Shown one piece after another: positions 30,077-39,631 of a DNA stretch of 64,000 nucleotides; within the stretch, counting starts at the first letter, position 1; every line of letters starts with the position of its first letter. The notes under the pieces are model-generated. The model made no database searches, was not told where the DNA came from, and saw nothing but the letters and a program-made list of their open reading frames with translations. The position numbers and the translations under genes are program-made. The stretch is taken from contig CAXXVS010000001.1 of assembly GCA_963674755.2 (NCBI GenBank), positions 896,001-960,000 on the forward strand. Direction: 5' to 3'. Source of the stretch: Desulfobacterales bacterium. Lineage in GTDB: Bacteria > Desulfobacterota > Desulfobacteria > Desulfobacterales > UBA5852.

Positions 30077-31618
30077 ATGGGAACAAGACGAATCCTGAAA
30101 ATCATTTCCGTAATTTTCTTCACTGCCGGCCTGGCGGCCGTGCCGGCCATGGCCCAGATGCTCGAGGGACCGCCGGCGGACCCGCAGTACAAGTACTCCA
30201 CCGCGATGCCGCCGGGCGTCGCGATTCCCGAAAAGGTCGAGACGCGCCTGGGCACGCTGCAATTCGACGGCGGCGCCCCGGATGCGTCCACCGCCGACAA
30301 GCTTTTCGACAACCTCGACTTCCAGCGCGCCGTTCAGGCCTATCTGCTCGGGTTGCCGCCGGTGAACCAGTTGGCGAATCGCACGGCCATCCTGACGATG
30401 GGACCGGTGAACAAGACCGTGCCGATCTGGGAAGAGCTGGTGGACTCGCGCACGGTGGAGCTGACCGCGAACGACAACACGGTTTACAGCTGGTTCTGGG
30501 TGGACCTGCACGACGGTCCGCTGGTCCTCGAGGTGCCCCCCAAGGTGCTCGGGCTGATCGACGACATGTGGTACCACTTCGTCATCAACCTCGGCATCAC
30601 CGGGCCCGACAAGGGCAAGGGCGGCAAGTACCTGCTGCTGCCCCCGGGCTACAAGGGCGCGGTGCCGAACGGTTACCACGTCGTGAAGTGCCCCACCTAC
30701 AGCGTCTGGCCCGTCTGGCGCAGCTTCCTCGTGAACGGCGATCCCAAGCCGGGCGTTGACCTGGTCAAGAAATTTACGAAGATCTACCCCCTCGCCGATG
30801 CGGATAAGCCCCACCCGTCGCCTAATTTCGTCGACATGTCCGGCAAGCCGTTCAACATGGTCGGGCCGTCGGGCTACCCGTTCTGGGAAATGCTCGACAA
30901 GGTGGTGCAGGAGGAACCGACCGATACCGTCGATGCGACCACCCTGGGTTTCTGGGCCGCCATCGGCATCCAGAAGGGCAAGCCCTTCGCTCCGGACGCG
31001 CGCATGAAGAAGATTCTCACCGAGGCCGCGGCGGTGGGCGATGCGACGGCGCGAACCATCGCGTATCGGTTGCGCAGCCGTGAGGGCTACTATTTCGCGA
31101 ACAGCAACTGGCGACTGCCCTTCTTCGGCGGCTACAAGTTCGAATGGCAGCCGGGGGTGGCGAACCTCGATGCGGCCGCTTTCTTCTTCTTTCTCGCCAC
31201 GGGGGTCACGCCGTCCATGGACACCACGATCGTCGGCGAGGGGTCGATCTACCCCTGGGCCGCATTGGACGCTGATAATGAGCCGCTGGAGGGCGGCAAG
31301 AACTACACGCTGCACTTACCCCCGAATATTCCCGTGAAGGATTTTTGGTCGGTGATCGTCTACAGTACCCAGACACGCTCGATGATTCAGACGAACGACC
31401 GCTTCCCCAGCGTGAGCAGTCAGAACAAGGGCCTTCAGGTCAATAGCGATGGTTCGGTGGACGTGTATTTCGGCCCCAAGGCCCCGGCCGGAAAGGAAAA
31501 CAACTGGGTGCAGACCATTCCCGGCGAGACCTGGTTCACCATTCTGCGGCTCTATGGCCCGCTCGAGCCGTGGTTCAACAAGACCTGGCAACCGGGGGAG
31601 ATCGAACGGGTCAAGTAG
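30077..31618 (+). CDS. DUF1254/DUF1214 periplasmic protein
   Basis: Signal peptide, LTANDNTVYS, GPDKGKGGKYLLLPP, FWSVIVY, NWVQTIPG and RLYGP motifs. Confidence 0.88.
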   Translation: MGTRRILKIISVIFFTAGLAAVPAMAQMLEGPPADPQYKYSTAMPPGVAIPEKVETRLGTLQFDGGAPDASTADKLFDNLDFQRAVQAYLLGLPPVNQLANRTAILTMGPVNKTVPIWEELVDSRTVELTANDNTVYSWFWVDLHDGPLVLEVPPKVLGLIDDMWYHFVINLGITGPDKGKGGKYLLLPPGYKGAVPNGYHVVKCPTYSVWPVWRSFLVNGDPKPGVDLVKKFTKIYPLADADKPHPSPNFVDMSGKPFNMVGPSGYPFWEMLDKVVQEEPTDTVDATTLGFWAAIGIQKGKPFAPDARMKKILTEAAAVGDATARTIAYRLRSREGYYFANSNWRLPFFGGYKFEWQPGVANLDAAAFFFFLATGVTPSMDTTIVGEGSIYPWAALDADNEPLEGGKNYTLHLPPNIPVKDFWSVIVYSTQTRSMIQTNDRFPSVSSQNKGLQVNSDGSVDVYFGPKAPAGKENNWVQTIPGETWFTILRLYGPLEPWFNKTWQPGEIERVK

Positions 31619-31656
31619 GTCCCGCGCGCTCAACGCGCGGGCGGTTTTGCAGGGAA

Positions 31657-31691
31657 CGGCAGATCCGATCGAATTCCGATCGGATCTGCCG
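31657..31691. repeat. perfect 15-bp inverted repeat
   Basis: CGGCAGATCCGATCG-AATTC-CGATCGGATCTGCCG. Confidence 0.75.
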
Positions 31692-31861
31692 ACCGGCGGC
31701 GGCAACGCCTGTTTCGGCAATGGTGTGAGAAGTGCCCCGGCCCGAATTCCAGGGACGCAGTGACGGCGGAAGCATTGCAGGGGCAACGCCTGACCGGCGT
31801 TTGCGGGGGCGCTTCCCTGCTTTATTGGATCGCAACACAAAAAGGTAAGAGGTAAACAGCG

Positions 31862-32719
31862 ATGAAGATGCTAACCATTCTAACGGCCGGCCTGATCGTT
31901 CTGGCCGCGCCGCATTATACCCTGGCACAGGGGCAGATGGCCACCAAGGCCGCGACGGCCGTCCAAATTGCCGAAGCGCGCAAAGCCAATGCAAAGCTGA
32001 TGCACGAATATTCCTGGCAGTCCCGTACGGAATTGATCGAAAACGGTGCGGTCAAGGATATGCGGCTGGATCAGGTTCAATACGGTCCGGACGGCACGTT
32101 GCAGCGCATGGCGCTCAACGAACAGGGGGCATCCCTGCCCATGGGCTTCCTGCGCCGGGCCATCGCCGAAAAAAAACGCAAGCAGATGGAGGACTTTTTG
32201 AAGGGGCTGCGGGGTCTCCTCGATCAATACACCCTGCCCACGGCAGGCAAGGTTCTCGACTTTATGGACAAAGCCACCACCACGCTGGCGGACGACGGTC
32301 GCTTGATCCTGATGAGCGGCACCGGCGTGGTGGTCCCGGGCGACAGTCTCTCCGTGTGGACGGAAGCGGCCACCCGGCATACCCACAAGATGGAGGTCAA
32401 TACCTTCTTTCAGAACCAGGCGGTGAATCTCACGGCCACCTATAAGACCCTGCGCAGTGGTCTGACCCATGTCGAATATGCCGAAGTGATTGTCCCGGGC
32501 AAGGAATTGACCGTCCAGGTGCAGAATTTCAACTACGAGCGGACCATGCCGCCGCCCGCGCCAAAGATGGCGGTGCACCCAAAACCCTCAAGCGCGTCGT
32601 CGTCCTCGCTTGAGACCGTGGAACGCAAGTTGAAAGACTTGAAAATGTTGTTCGATAAGGGCCTGATCACGCAAAGCGACTACGACGCCAAAAAGGCTCA
32701 GCTTCTCGAAGGCCTGTGA
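31862..32719 (+). CDS. secreted protein with C-terminal SHOCT domain
   Basis: Signal peptide; LKDLKMLFDKGLITQSDYDAKKAQLL SHOCT motif. Confidence 0.8.
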   Translation: MKMLTILTAGLIVLAAPHYTLAQGQMATKAATAVQIAEARKANAKLMHEYSWQSRTELIENGAVKDMRLDQVQYGPDGTLQRMALNEQGASLPMGFLRRAIAEKKRKQMEDFLKGLRGLLDQYTLPTAGKVLDFMDKATTTLADDGRLILMSGTGVVVPGDSLSVWTEAATRHTHKMEVNTFFQNQAVNLTATYKTLRSGLTHVEYAEVIVPGKELTVQVQNFNYERTMPPPAPKMAVHPKPSSASSSSLETVERKLKDLKMLFDKGLITQSDYDAKKAQLLEGL

Positions 32720-32809
32720 TGGCCCCAAGGCTCATTTTCCGGCCGTTGAGCAGGGGGGGCATCCGTCGGCCGATAACGCATTTATTCCCCACTAACTGGA
32801 AAGGGGGGT

Positions 32810-33520
32810 GTGATGAACTCTCGCAAAGCAATCGTAATTTGGCTGTCGATCGTACTCCTGATGGCCGGGTGCGCATCGACCAAAATCACCCAGCGCGATG
32901 AAATCGTGACCGGGCAAATCCCGCGGCCCGACACCATTTGGGTGCACGACTTCGCTGCCACGCCCGCCGATGTCCCGAACGAGTCCGCGTTCGCCGGGCA
33001 GGAAATCGAGCACCTAACGCCCCAAACGGCCCAACAGATCGCGGCCGGCCGGCAGCTCGGCGAGGAAATTGCGGCCCAGCTGGTCACGCAGATCAGGGAC
33101 ATGGGCATGCACGCCGAGCGGGCCTCGGCGGCCACGAAGCCGCAGATCAACGATATTGTCATCCGAGGCTATCTCGTATCGATTGTCGAAGGCAGTGCCG
33201 CCAAACGCATCGTCATCGGTTTCGGCTCCGGTGCTTCCGATCTGAAAGTGGCGGTCGAAGGGTTCCAGGAGACGGCCCATGGCTTGCGCAAACTGGGGTC
33301 CGGTTCAACAGATGCCACCGGAGGCAAAGCACCCGGGGCGGATTTGGGGGTTCTCGGTTTGATCGCCACCCACAACCCGGCGGGACTCATCATCAGCAGC
33401 GGTGTCAAAATCTACGATGAAGAGAGCGGCAGTGCCACGATAAAGGGCCGGGTCAAGGGGACGGTCAAGGAAATTGCCGATGCCCTTAAACTGCGGTTCG
33501 AGGAGCAGGGTTGGATCTAG
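32810..33520 (+). CDS. DUF4410-like lipoprotein
   Basis: MAGC lipobox, VHDFA, EGSAAKRIVIGFGSG and C-terminal EQGWI shared with 24667-25419. Confidence 0.75.
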   Translation: MMNSRKAIVIWLSIVLLMAGCASTKITQRDEIVTGQIPRPDTIWVHDFAATPADVPNESAFAGQEIEHLTPQTAQQIAAGRQLGEEIAAQLVTQIRDMGMHAERASAATKPQINDIVIRGYLVSIVEGSAAKRIVIGFGSGASDLKVAVEGFQETAHGLRKLGSGSTDATGGKAPGADLGVLGLIATHNPAGLIISSGVKIYDEESGSATIKGRVKGTVKEIADALKLRFEEQGWI

Positions 33521-33621
33521 TGAAGCGCCGCCCTGCGGGTTTGCCGGCCGGCCGCCATGTGCGACGGCCGCGGACGGCCCATTGAGATGGGAAACGATAT
33601 CTACCGAATGGGAGAAGGACC

Positions 33622-34413
33622 ATGAAGGTCAAAACGATTCTATGCGCAAGCGCACTGTTTCTGGCGGTTGCCTTGGGGGGAGGCATTCCGGGGAGCGCCC
33701 TGGCCCAGGAAGACGACGCCAAGGCCATCCTGAAGGCCATGTCGGACTATGTGGGCGGTCAGCAAACCATCCAACTCACCTTTGACAGCGCCATCGAAAT
33801 CATCACCCCACAGCTGGAGAAGATCCAGTTCACCAATTCCGGCGAGGTCCTGCTGCATCGCCCGGACAAGCTGCGGGCCCACCGGGTGGGCGGCTATGCG
33901 GATGTGGCCATGGTGTTCGACGGCAAGACCGTCAGCATCTATGGAAAGCACGTCAACGGCTACCTCCGGCTCCCTGCGCCGGGCACCATCGATCAACTGG
34001 TCGAATTTCTCCGGGAAGGCCACGGCGTATCGCTGCCGGGTGCCGATCTGCTGCTGTCCAATTCCTATGATGTCCTCGTGGCCGGGGTCCAGGAAGCCAA
34101 ACATATCGGCCGGGGCGTCATCGACGGCGTGGAGTGCGAGCACATCGCGTTCCGCAACTTCGACACTGACTGGCAGCTCTGGGTGGAAGTGGGGCAGACC
34201 CCCATCCCGCGCCAGATGGTCATCACCAGCAAGACGATCAACAGCGCGCCGCAGTACACGCTGCGCGTCAAGGGCTGGAAAACGGATGTCACGCCGGCCG
34301 GGGATGCCTTCACGTTTACGCCGCCGGCAGGCGCAAAAAAGCTCAGTGAGGACGCGCTCACCGCACTCGACGAATTGCCGCCGGGGGCACCACCGCAAGG
34401 AGGGAAACCATGA
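33622..34413 (+). CDS. DUF2092 periplasmic protein
   Basis: Signal peptide, ILKAMSDY, RPDKLR, FDGKT, CEHIAFR..DWQLW motifs. Confidence 0.85.
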   Translation: MKVKTILCASALFLAVALGGGIPGSALAQEDDAKAILKAMSDYVGGQQTIQLTFDSAIEIITPQLEKIQFTNSGEVLLHRPDKLRAHRVGGYADVAMVFDGKTVSIYGKHVNGYLRLPAPGTIDQLVEFLREGHGVSLPGADLLLSNSYDVLVAGVQEAKHIGRGVIDGVECEHIAFRNFDTDWQLWVEVGQTPIPRQMVITSKTINSAPQYTLRVKGWKTDVTPAGDAFTFTPPAGAKKLSEDALTALDELPPGAPPQGGKP

Positions 34414-34616
34414 AACGCAACATGATCAAATTCATCTTCGTACTGGCGCTGGCCGTTGCCGGATGGATGTGGAGTGGTGACTTCAACGCGCCATCGGGCG
34501 ATCTGGTGGCCACGGCCGAGGCCCTCATTGGCCGGCCCATGACACCGCTCAGCTATGCCGGCGTGGCCCGCCGAACAACCGTCAGGGCGGCCACCTACAG
34601 GAGAGTGAGGTGGTAG
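34410..34616 (+). CDS. small secreted basic protein
   Basis: Overlaps DUF2092 stop (ATGA), GGAGG RBS, hydrophobic N-terminus, GRPMTPLSYAGVARRT motif. Confidence 0.75.
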   Translation: MKRNMIKFIFVLALAVAGWMWSGDFNAPSGDLVATAEALIGRPMTPLSYAGVARRTTVRAATYRRVRW

Positions 34617-34635
34617 GACGTCCGGGCGGTCCCTG

Positions 34636-37284
34636 TTGGCTGGACCGGCTGCCGAAATGGATCAACGGATGAACGCGCGGTTAAGGTTGGGGGCCATACA
34701 TCTCGTGGGTATGGATCGTATTAAAACGCTTCTGATTTGGTCGGTGGGGCTGCTCCTGTTTGGGGCAGCCGCCGGGACGATGGGCTACGCCCAGGAGTCG
34801 CCCGCCAAGGAGCCCCCGCCTGCCGTGTCGGTCGGAAACGCCCAGACCTCCCCGGCCAAAAAGTCTCCGCCTGCCACCCAACCTGACGTGGTCATTCCGC
34901 CGGCCGAGATCGCCACCAAAGCCACCGAAGCGACCAACCTGCTGGTGACGCTTTCCACGAAATACATCTCCGGCTCGCAAATCGAAAAGGTTCAGAAGCC
35001 CTTTTACGAGATGAGCCGCCAGATCGAGCAGGAGTACGACGACGTTTCCATGACCCTGCAGGAAAATCCGTCGCTGGCAACGCTCCAGAACCTGCACGAA
35101 GTGTGGCAGGCGCGGCGTGAGCGGATCGATGATTGGCTGCAACTGCTCACGGCGCGGGCCCTGGACCTGAAGCGTATCCTGGACCGTTTGGCGGGCCTCG
35201 AGACCACCTGGCGCCAGACCCAAAAGAGCGCCAGGGAAGCGAAAGCACAGGTCGCGACCTTGCAGCAAATCGAGACGGTGCTGAATGCCATCCACACGGC
35301 CCAGGTGCCGCTGCAGGCCACCCACGACCGGTTGCTGGGTCTGCAAGGTCTTATTTCCGAAGCCTTGAAGCGCTGCGATGACACCCTGACGCATATCGTT
35401 CAGGCCCAAAAAGGGGTTGTCACCGGTATCCTGACAAGAGAGCTTCCGCCCATCTGGGGGGCCGCACAATGGCATGCCGCCCGGATTGCCATACCGGTTC
35501 GTTTCCGGGAAAATGTTGACGCGGCGCGGACGGATCTGAGCAACTTTCTACAGGATCCCTCCCGGGAATTGCCACTGCAGATGATGCTCTTCGTGGTGCT
35601 GCTGGCGCTGCTGATCGCGGCGAAGCGCTTTGCGGGTCCCTGGGACGCGGTCGGCGACAGAGAAGCTCACCTGGGTCGGGTTTTCGAGCGACCTTACGCC
35701 GCTGCTTTATTTACCGTGTGGCTGTTTGCGACCCGCTATGCGTCGCCGACCCCGCCAATGGTCAAGGAGCTGTTTACGGCCCTGGTGCTTATTCCCGTCT
35801 TTCGGCTGGTGCAGCCGGCCCTTCCCCCCCGCTTGATGCCCAAACTCTATATTTTGGGCGCTCTGTTTGCCGTCGACACGCTGCGGGGCTTTTTCGTCGG
35901 CGTCCCGGTGATGGCCCCCATGCTATTGATGGCGGAAGGATTGGCGGCCATCGGGGTTTTGGCATGGCTGCTGACCTCCGGTGACCTGCTTGCCGCCTCC
36001 ACCTCGGAAAACGCAACTTACCGGCAAAGAATGGTGCTTTTCGTCAAAGGCGTCATGGTCTATCTGGCCGTCGGTGTTGCGGCCGCAGCCCTGGGCCAGC
36101 TGCGGCTGGCCCGTCTGATCACGCCGGGCAGCCTGTCAGCGTGTGTGCTGGCCCTGGCCTTTTTCGCCGGCGTGCGCCTGTTCGGGGGTACCGTGACGGT
36201 GCTCCTGCGCCTTTGGCCGCTCAAGCGGCTGCGCATGGTCAAAACCCATGGCGATCTCCTGGTAAAATGGGCCTACCGGCTGCTGGTGTGGCTGGCCGTC
36301 ATGGGCTGGGCCCTGCGCCTGTTCGATCAGCTGGGGCTCCTGGATCCGATCCTGACCATGGGCAGCGGTATCCTGGCCACCAAATTCGAGCGCGGCGCCA
36401 TCAGCATCACTATCGGAGACGTTTTGGCCTTCGGCATCACGGTGGCGGCCTCTTTCCTGCTCTCGGGCCTCATCCGTTTCACCCTGAACGAAGAAATCTA
36501 CCCCCGGGCCCACATCCCCAGCGGTGCCGCCTATGCCTCCTCGCGCCTGCTGCATTACACCGTCCTGACCCTCGGATTTCTGGTGGGTCTGGCCCTCCTG
36601 GGGGTCGATCTCACCAAAATCAGTGTCCTGGCCGGCGCCTTCGGCGTGGGGATCGGATTCGGGCTTCAGAACGTGGTGAACAATTTCGTCTGCGGGCTGA
36701 TCATGCTCTTCGAACGGCCGGTGCACGTGGGCGACACGGTTGAACTGGACGGGATTATGGGCGAGGTGCGCCTGATCGGTTTCCGGGCCAGCTCGGTGCG
36801 CACCTGGCAGGGGGCCGACATCATCATTCCCAATGCCCAGTTCATCACCGCCAAGGTGACGAACTGGACCTTCCGGGACCGGCTGCGGCGTATCGACCTG
36901 CCGGTGAGTGTGGCCTATGCCTCCGATCCAAAGCAGGTCATCGAGCTGCTGGAAGGTGTGGCCCGCGCCCATCCGCAGATTCGGGCCTATCCGGTCCCGC
37001 TGTGTATTTTCACCAGCTACGGGGACAGCGCCATCAACTTCGAACTGCGGGTATGGATCAATCTGGCGGCCGACCTTACCAATGTGCCTCAAATCCGTAG
37101 CGACCTGAACGCCGCGGTCTACGATGCGGTGAAAGCGGCCGGCATGTCATTCCCCTTTCCCCAGCGGGAGGTGCGCCTGCTGGGCGATCCCGAACCCCGG
37201 GAGGGGGCTGAAAGCCGGCCCGCAACATTTCCGCCGCCGACCGAAATACAAAAGGGCGCCGGCGAGAGCAAGGACCTTAAATGA
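34636..37284 (+). CDS. large MscS/MscK-like mechanosensitive channel
   Basis: Periplasmic coiled-coil, many TMs, GVGIGFGLQNVVNNF, ERPVHVGD, IIIPN; start uncertain. Confidence 0.88.
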   Translation: MAGPAAEMDQRMNARLRLGAIHLVGMDRIKTLLIWSVGLLLFGAAAGTMGYAQESPAKEPPPAVSVGNAQTSPAKKSPPATQPDVVIPPAEIATKATEATNLLVTLSTKYISGSQIEKVQKPFYEMSRQIEQEYDDVSMTLQENPSLATLQNLHEVWQARRERIDDWLQLLTARALDLKRILDRLAGLETTWRQTQKSAREAKAQVATLQQIETVLNAIHTAQVPLQATHDRLLGLQGLISEALKRCDDTLTHIVQAQKGVVTGILTRELPPIWGAAQWHAARIAIPVRFRENVDAARTDLSNFLQDPSRELPLQMMLFVVLLALLIAAKRFAGPWDAVGDREAHLGRVFERPYAAALFTVWLFATRYASPTPPMVKELFTALVLIPVFRLVQPALPPRLMPKLYILGALFAVDTLRGFFVGVPVMAPMLLMAEGLAAIGVLAWLLTSGDLLAASTSENATYRQRMVLFVKGVMVYLAVGVAAAALGQLRLARLITPGSLSACVLALAFFAGVRLFGGTVTVLLRLWPLKRLRMVKTHGDLLVKWAYRLLVWLAVMGWALRLFDQLGLLDPILTMGSGILATKFERGAISITIGDVLAFGITVAASFLLSGLIRFTLNEEIYPRAHIPSGAAYASSRLLHYTVLTLGFLVGLALLGVDLTKISVLAGAFGVGIGFGLQNVVNNFVCGLIMLFERPVHVGDTVELDGIMGEVRLIGFRASSVRTWQGADIIIPNAQFITAKVTNWTFRDRLRRIDLPVSVAYASDPKQVIELLEGVARAHPQIRAYPVPLCIFTSYGDSAINFELRVWINLAADLTNVPQIRSDLNAAVYDAVKAAGMSFPFPQREVRLLGDPEPREGAESRPATFPPPTEIQKGAGESKDLK

Positions 37285-37306
37285 CGACCTGTCAGCCGTT
37301 AAAGAA

Positions 37307-38167
37307 ATGGCTGTATTGGGAATCCTGTCTCAGAGGAGAAGATGCATCTTGAAACCGATCTGGTGTATTGCCGCAGCCATCCTGGCCATGGTATATGCAG
37401 TCAGTCTGCCGGCTAAGGCCGACGAGGCGGCCGACCAGGCTGAACTGGCCAAAAAGACCTTGAACCCGGTGGCGGACCTGATCAGCCTGCCGATCCAGTT
37501 CAACTACGACCATAAGATCGGCCCCACGGACGACGGGAAGAAATACGTCGTCAATATCCAGCCGGTGATCCCCTTCTCCATCGCACCGGAGTGGAACCTG
37601 ATCTCCCGCACCATTCTGCCCCTCGCCGACCAGGAAGATATTCTCCCGAACGGCAAGGCGGACGCGTCGGGCATCGGCGATATCACCCAGAGTTTTTTCT
37701 TCTCACCGAAAAAGCCCACCACGCAGGGATGGATCTGGGGGGCCGGTCCGGTGATTCTGCTGCCGACCGCGAGCGACAGTGATCTGGGGGGCGGAAAATG
37801 GGGCCTCGGCCCAACGGCGGTGGCCCTCAAGCAGACGCACGGGTTTACCTACGGCATCCTGGCCAACCATATCTGGTCGGTGGCTGGCGACAGCGACCGG
37901 TCGGACATCAGCGCCACCTACCTGCAACCGTTTTTCGCCTACACCACGAAGACGTTTACCTCATTTACGATCAATACGGAGTCAACCTATGACTGGGAAG
38001 ACGATCAGTGGTCGGTGCCGATCAACCTCATGGTCAGCCAGGTCCTCAAGATCGGATCGCAGCCCATCAGCCTGCAAGCCGGCCCGCGCTACTGGGCCGA
38101 GAGTTCGGACAGCAGCCCGGAGGGGTGGGGGTTCCGGTTTACCTTCACGCTGTTGTTTCCCAAATAG
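37307..38167 (+). CDS. putative outer-membrane beta-barrel transporter
   Basis: ELAKKTLNPVADLISLP, QPVIPF, GIGDI, KWGLGPT and C-terminal FTFTLLFPK; start may be TTG 37349. Confidence 0.75.
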   Translation: MAVLGILSQRRRCILKPIWCIAAAILAMVYAVSLPAKADEAADQAELAKKTLNPVADLISLPIQFNYDHKIGPTDDGKKYVVNIQPVIPFSIAPEWNLISRTILPLADQEDILPNGKADASGIGDITQSFFFSPKKPTTQGWIWGAGPVILLPTASDSDLGGGKWGLGPTAVALKQTHGFTYGILANHIWSVAGDSDRSDISATYLQPFFAYTTKTFTSFTINTESTYDWEDDQWSVPINLMVSQVLKIGSQPISLQAGPRYWAESSDSSPEGWGFRFTFTLLFPK

Positions 38168-38255
38168 CGCGCCCGCTTTTTACTAGTGGCCCTGCCGGAA
38201 AAAGCCGTTGTTTATTATGTGAACGGATCGAATTGCCAAAGGAGGAATAGTTACC

Positions 38256-39554
38256 ATGTTACGTTATTGGCGTCCCATCCTGTCGGTCTTCATGTTTTCC
38301 CTCATATGGGCGACTAGCGCCTATGCCGGGGGCCTTTACCTGTACGAAGTGGGAAGCCCCGACGTCGGTGTAGCCGGGGCCGGGTATGCCGCCCGGGCCG
38401 ACGATGCCGCCACGGTCTTCACCAACCCGGCCGGGATGACCCGCATCGACCAGCCTTCCTTGATGGTGGGCGCCCAGCCCATGTACATGCACATCAACTT
38501 CAACCCGGACAGCACCACCTCGGCGGTGGCCCGCACGCTCCCGGGCGGCTGGGCGGCCGACGGCGGCAACAGCAGCGGGTGGATGCCGGCGGGCGGTCTC
38601 TACTACGTCCACCCGGTCAACGACCGGCTGCGGCTGGGCCTTTCCATGAACGGCTATTTCGGTCTTTCCCTGGACTACGAAGACGACTGGGTCGGTCGCT
38701 ACTACGTGCAGGACGCCACCCTCCAGGCGGCCGCCATCCAGCCGGCCGTGGCCTGGAAGGTTAACAACTGGCTTTCGGTGGGGTTGGGTGTGAACGCGCT
38801 CTACGGCATGCTGGACGAACAAGTTGCCGTCAACAACATCGCGCCTAACCTGCCGGACGGCAAGCTCAAGATCAAGGACGAGGACTGGACCGCCCAGTTC
38901 AACATCGGTCTGCTGGTGGAGCCCTGGCAGGGAACCCGTTTCGGTCTTACCTATCTGTCACAGGCGGATCTCGATTTTTCGGACCGGGTGAGTTTCAGCG
39001 GGCTTGGACCGGGCCTTCTGACGATACTCGGCAACCGGGGGCTGCTCAACGCCAAACTCGACTTGAGCATGACCATGCCCCAGGCGGTCATGTTCAGCGC
39101 CTATCACGAATTCAGTGACCGGTTTGCGCTGATGGCCAACCTGGGCTGGCAGGACTGGTCCCAGTTCGGCAAGGTCGATGTCAGCATCGACTCGAACAAC
39201 CCCCGAAGCCTGACGACCAACCTCGACTACAAGGACACCTGGCATGCGGCCCTGGGGGCCGAGTACCGGCTTTCCGCTCCCTGGCTGCTGACCGGCGGGG
39301 TGGCTTATGACAGCGCCATGATGGACGAAGACCAAGTTACGCCCTCGCTGCCGACGAGCGATACCTGGCGCTTCGCCCTGGGGACCCGCTACGAATGGTC
39401 GCCGGACGTGACGCTTTCGGGGTCCTACGAAATGGTATGGATGGGCGACATCGACATGACCGTGGACCGCGGCCCCCTGGCCGGGCGGGTGTCCGGTACC
39501 TATGAAGATACCAGCATCCAGGTTTTCTGCCTGACGGCCGCCTGGCGGTTTTGA
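38256..39554 (+). CDS. FadL/OmpP1 family outer-membrane transporter
   Basis: Signal peptide, GLYLYE, AARADDAATVFTNPAGMT and terminal Phe. Confidence 0.9.
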   Translation: MLRYWRPILSVFMFSLIWATSAYAGGLYLYEVGSPDVGVAGAGYAARADDAATVFTNPAGMTRIDQPSLMVGAQPMYMHINFNPDSTTSAVARTLPGGWAADGGNSSGWMPAGGLYYVHPVNDRLRLGLSMNGYFGLSLDYEDDWVGRYYVQDATLQAAAIQPAVAWKVNNWLSVGLGVNALYGMLDEQVAVNNIAPNLPDGKLKIKDEDWTAQFNIGLLVEPWQGTRFGLTYLSQADLDFSDRVSFSGLGPGLLTILGNRGLLNAKLDLSMTMPQAVMFSAYHEFSDRFALMANLGWQDWSQFGKVDVSIDSNNPRSLTTNLDYKDTWHAALGAEYRLSAPWLLTGGVAYDSAMMDEDQVTPSLPTSDTWRFALGTRYEWSPDVTLSGSYEMVWMGDIDMTVDRGPLAGRVSGTYEDTSIQVFCLTAAWRF

Positions 39555-39631
39555 GCCGCGTGGTACGGGTAGGGACATGACGATCTTCGGAATGCCGATT
39601 GACGTCCCGAAAGGCGGCCGTACCGTAAACC

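Noticed and set aside
31615..31641. GTAG-tagged REP-like hairpin
   Set aside because: GTAG overlaps a TAG stop codon and I see no second copy; more simply a post-gene stem-loop.
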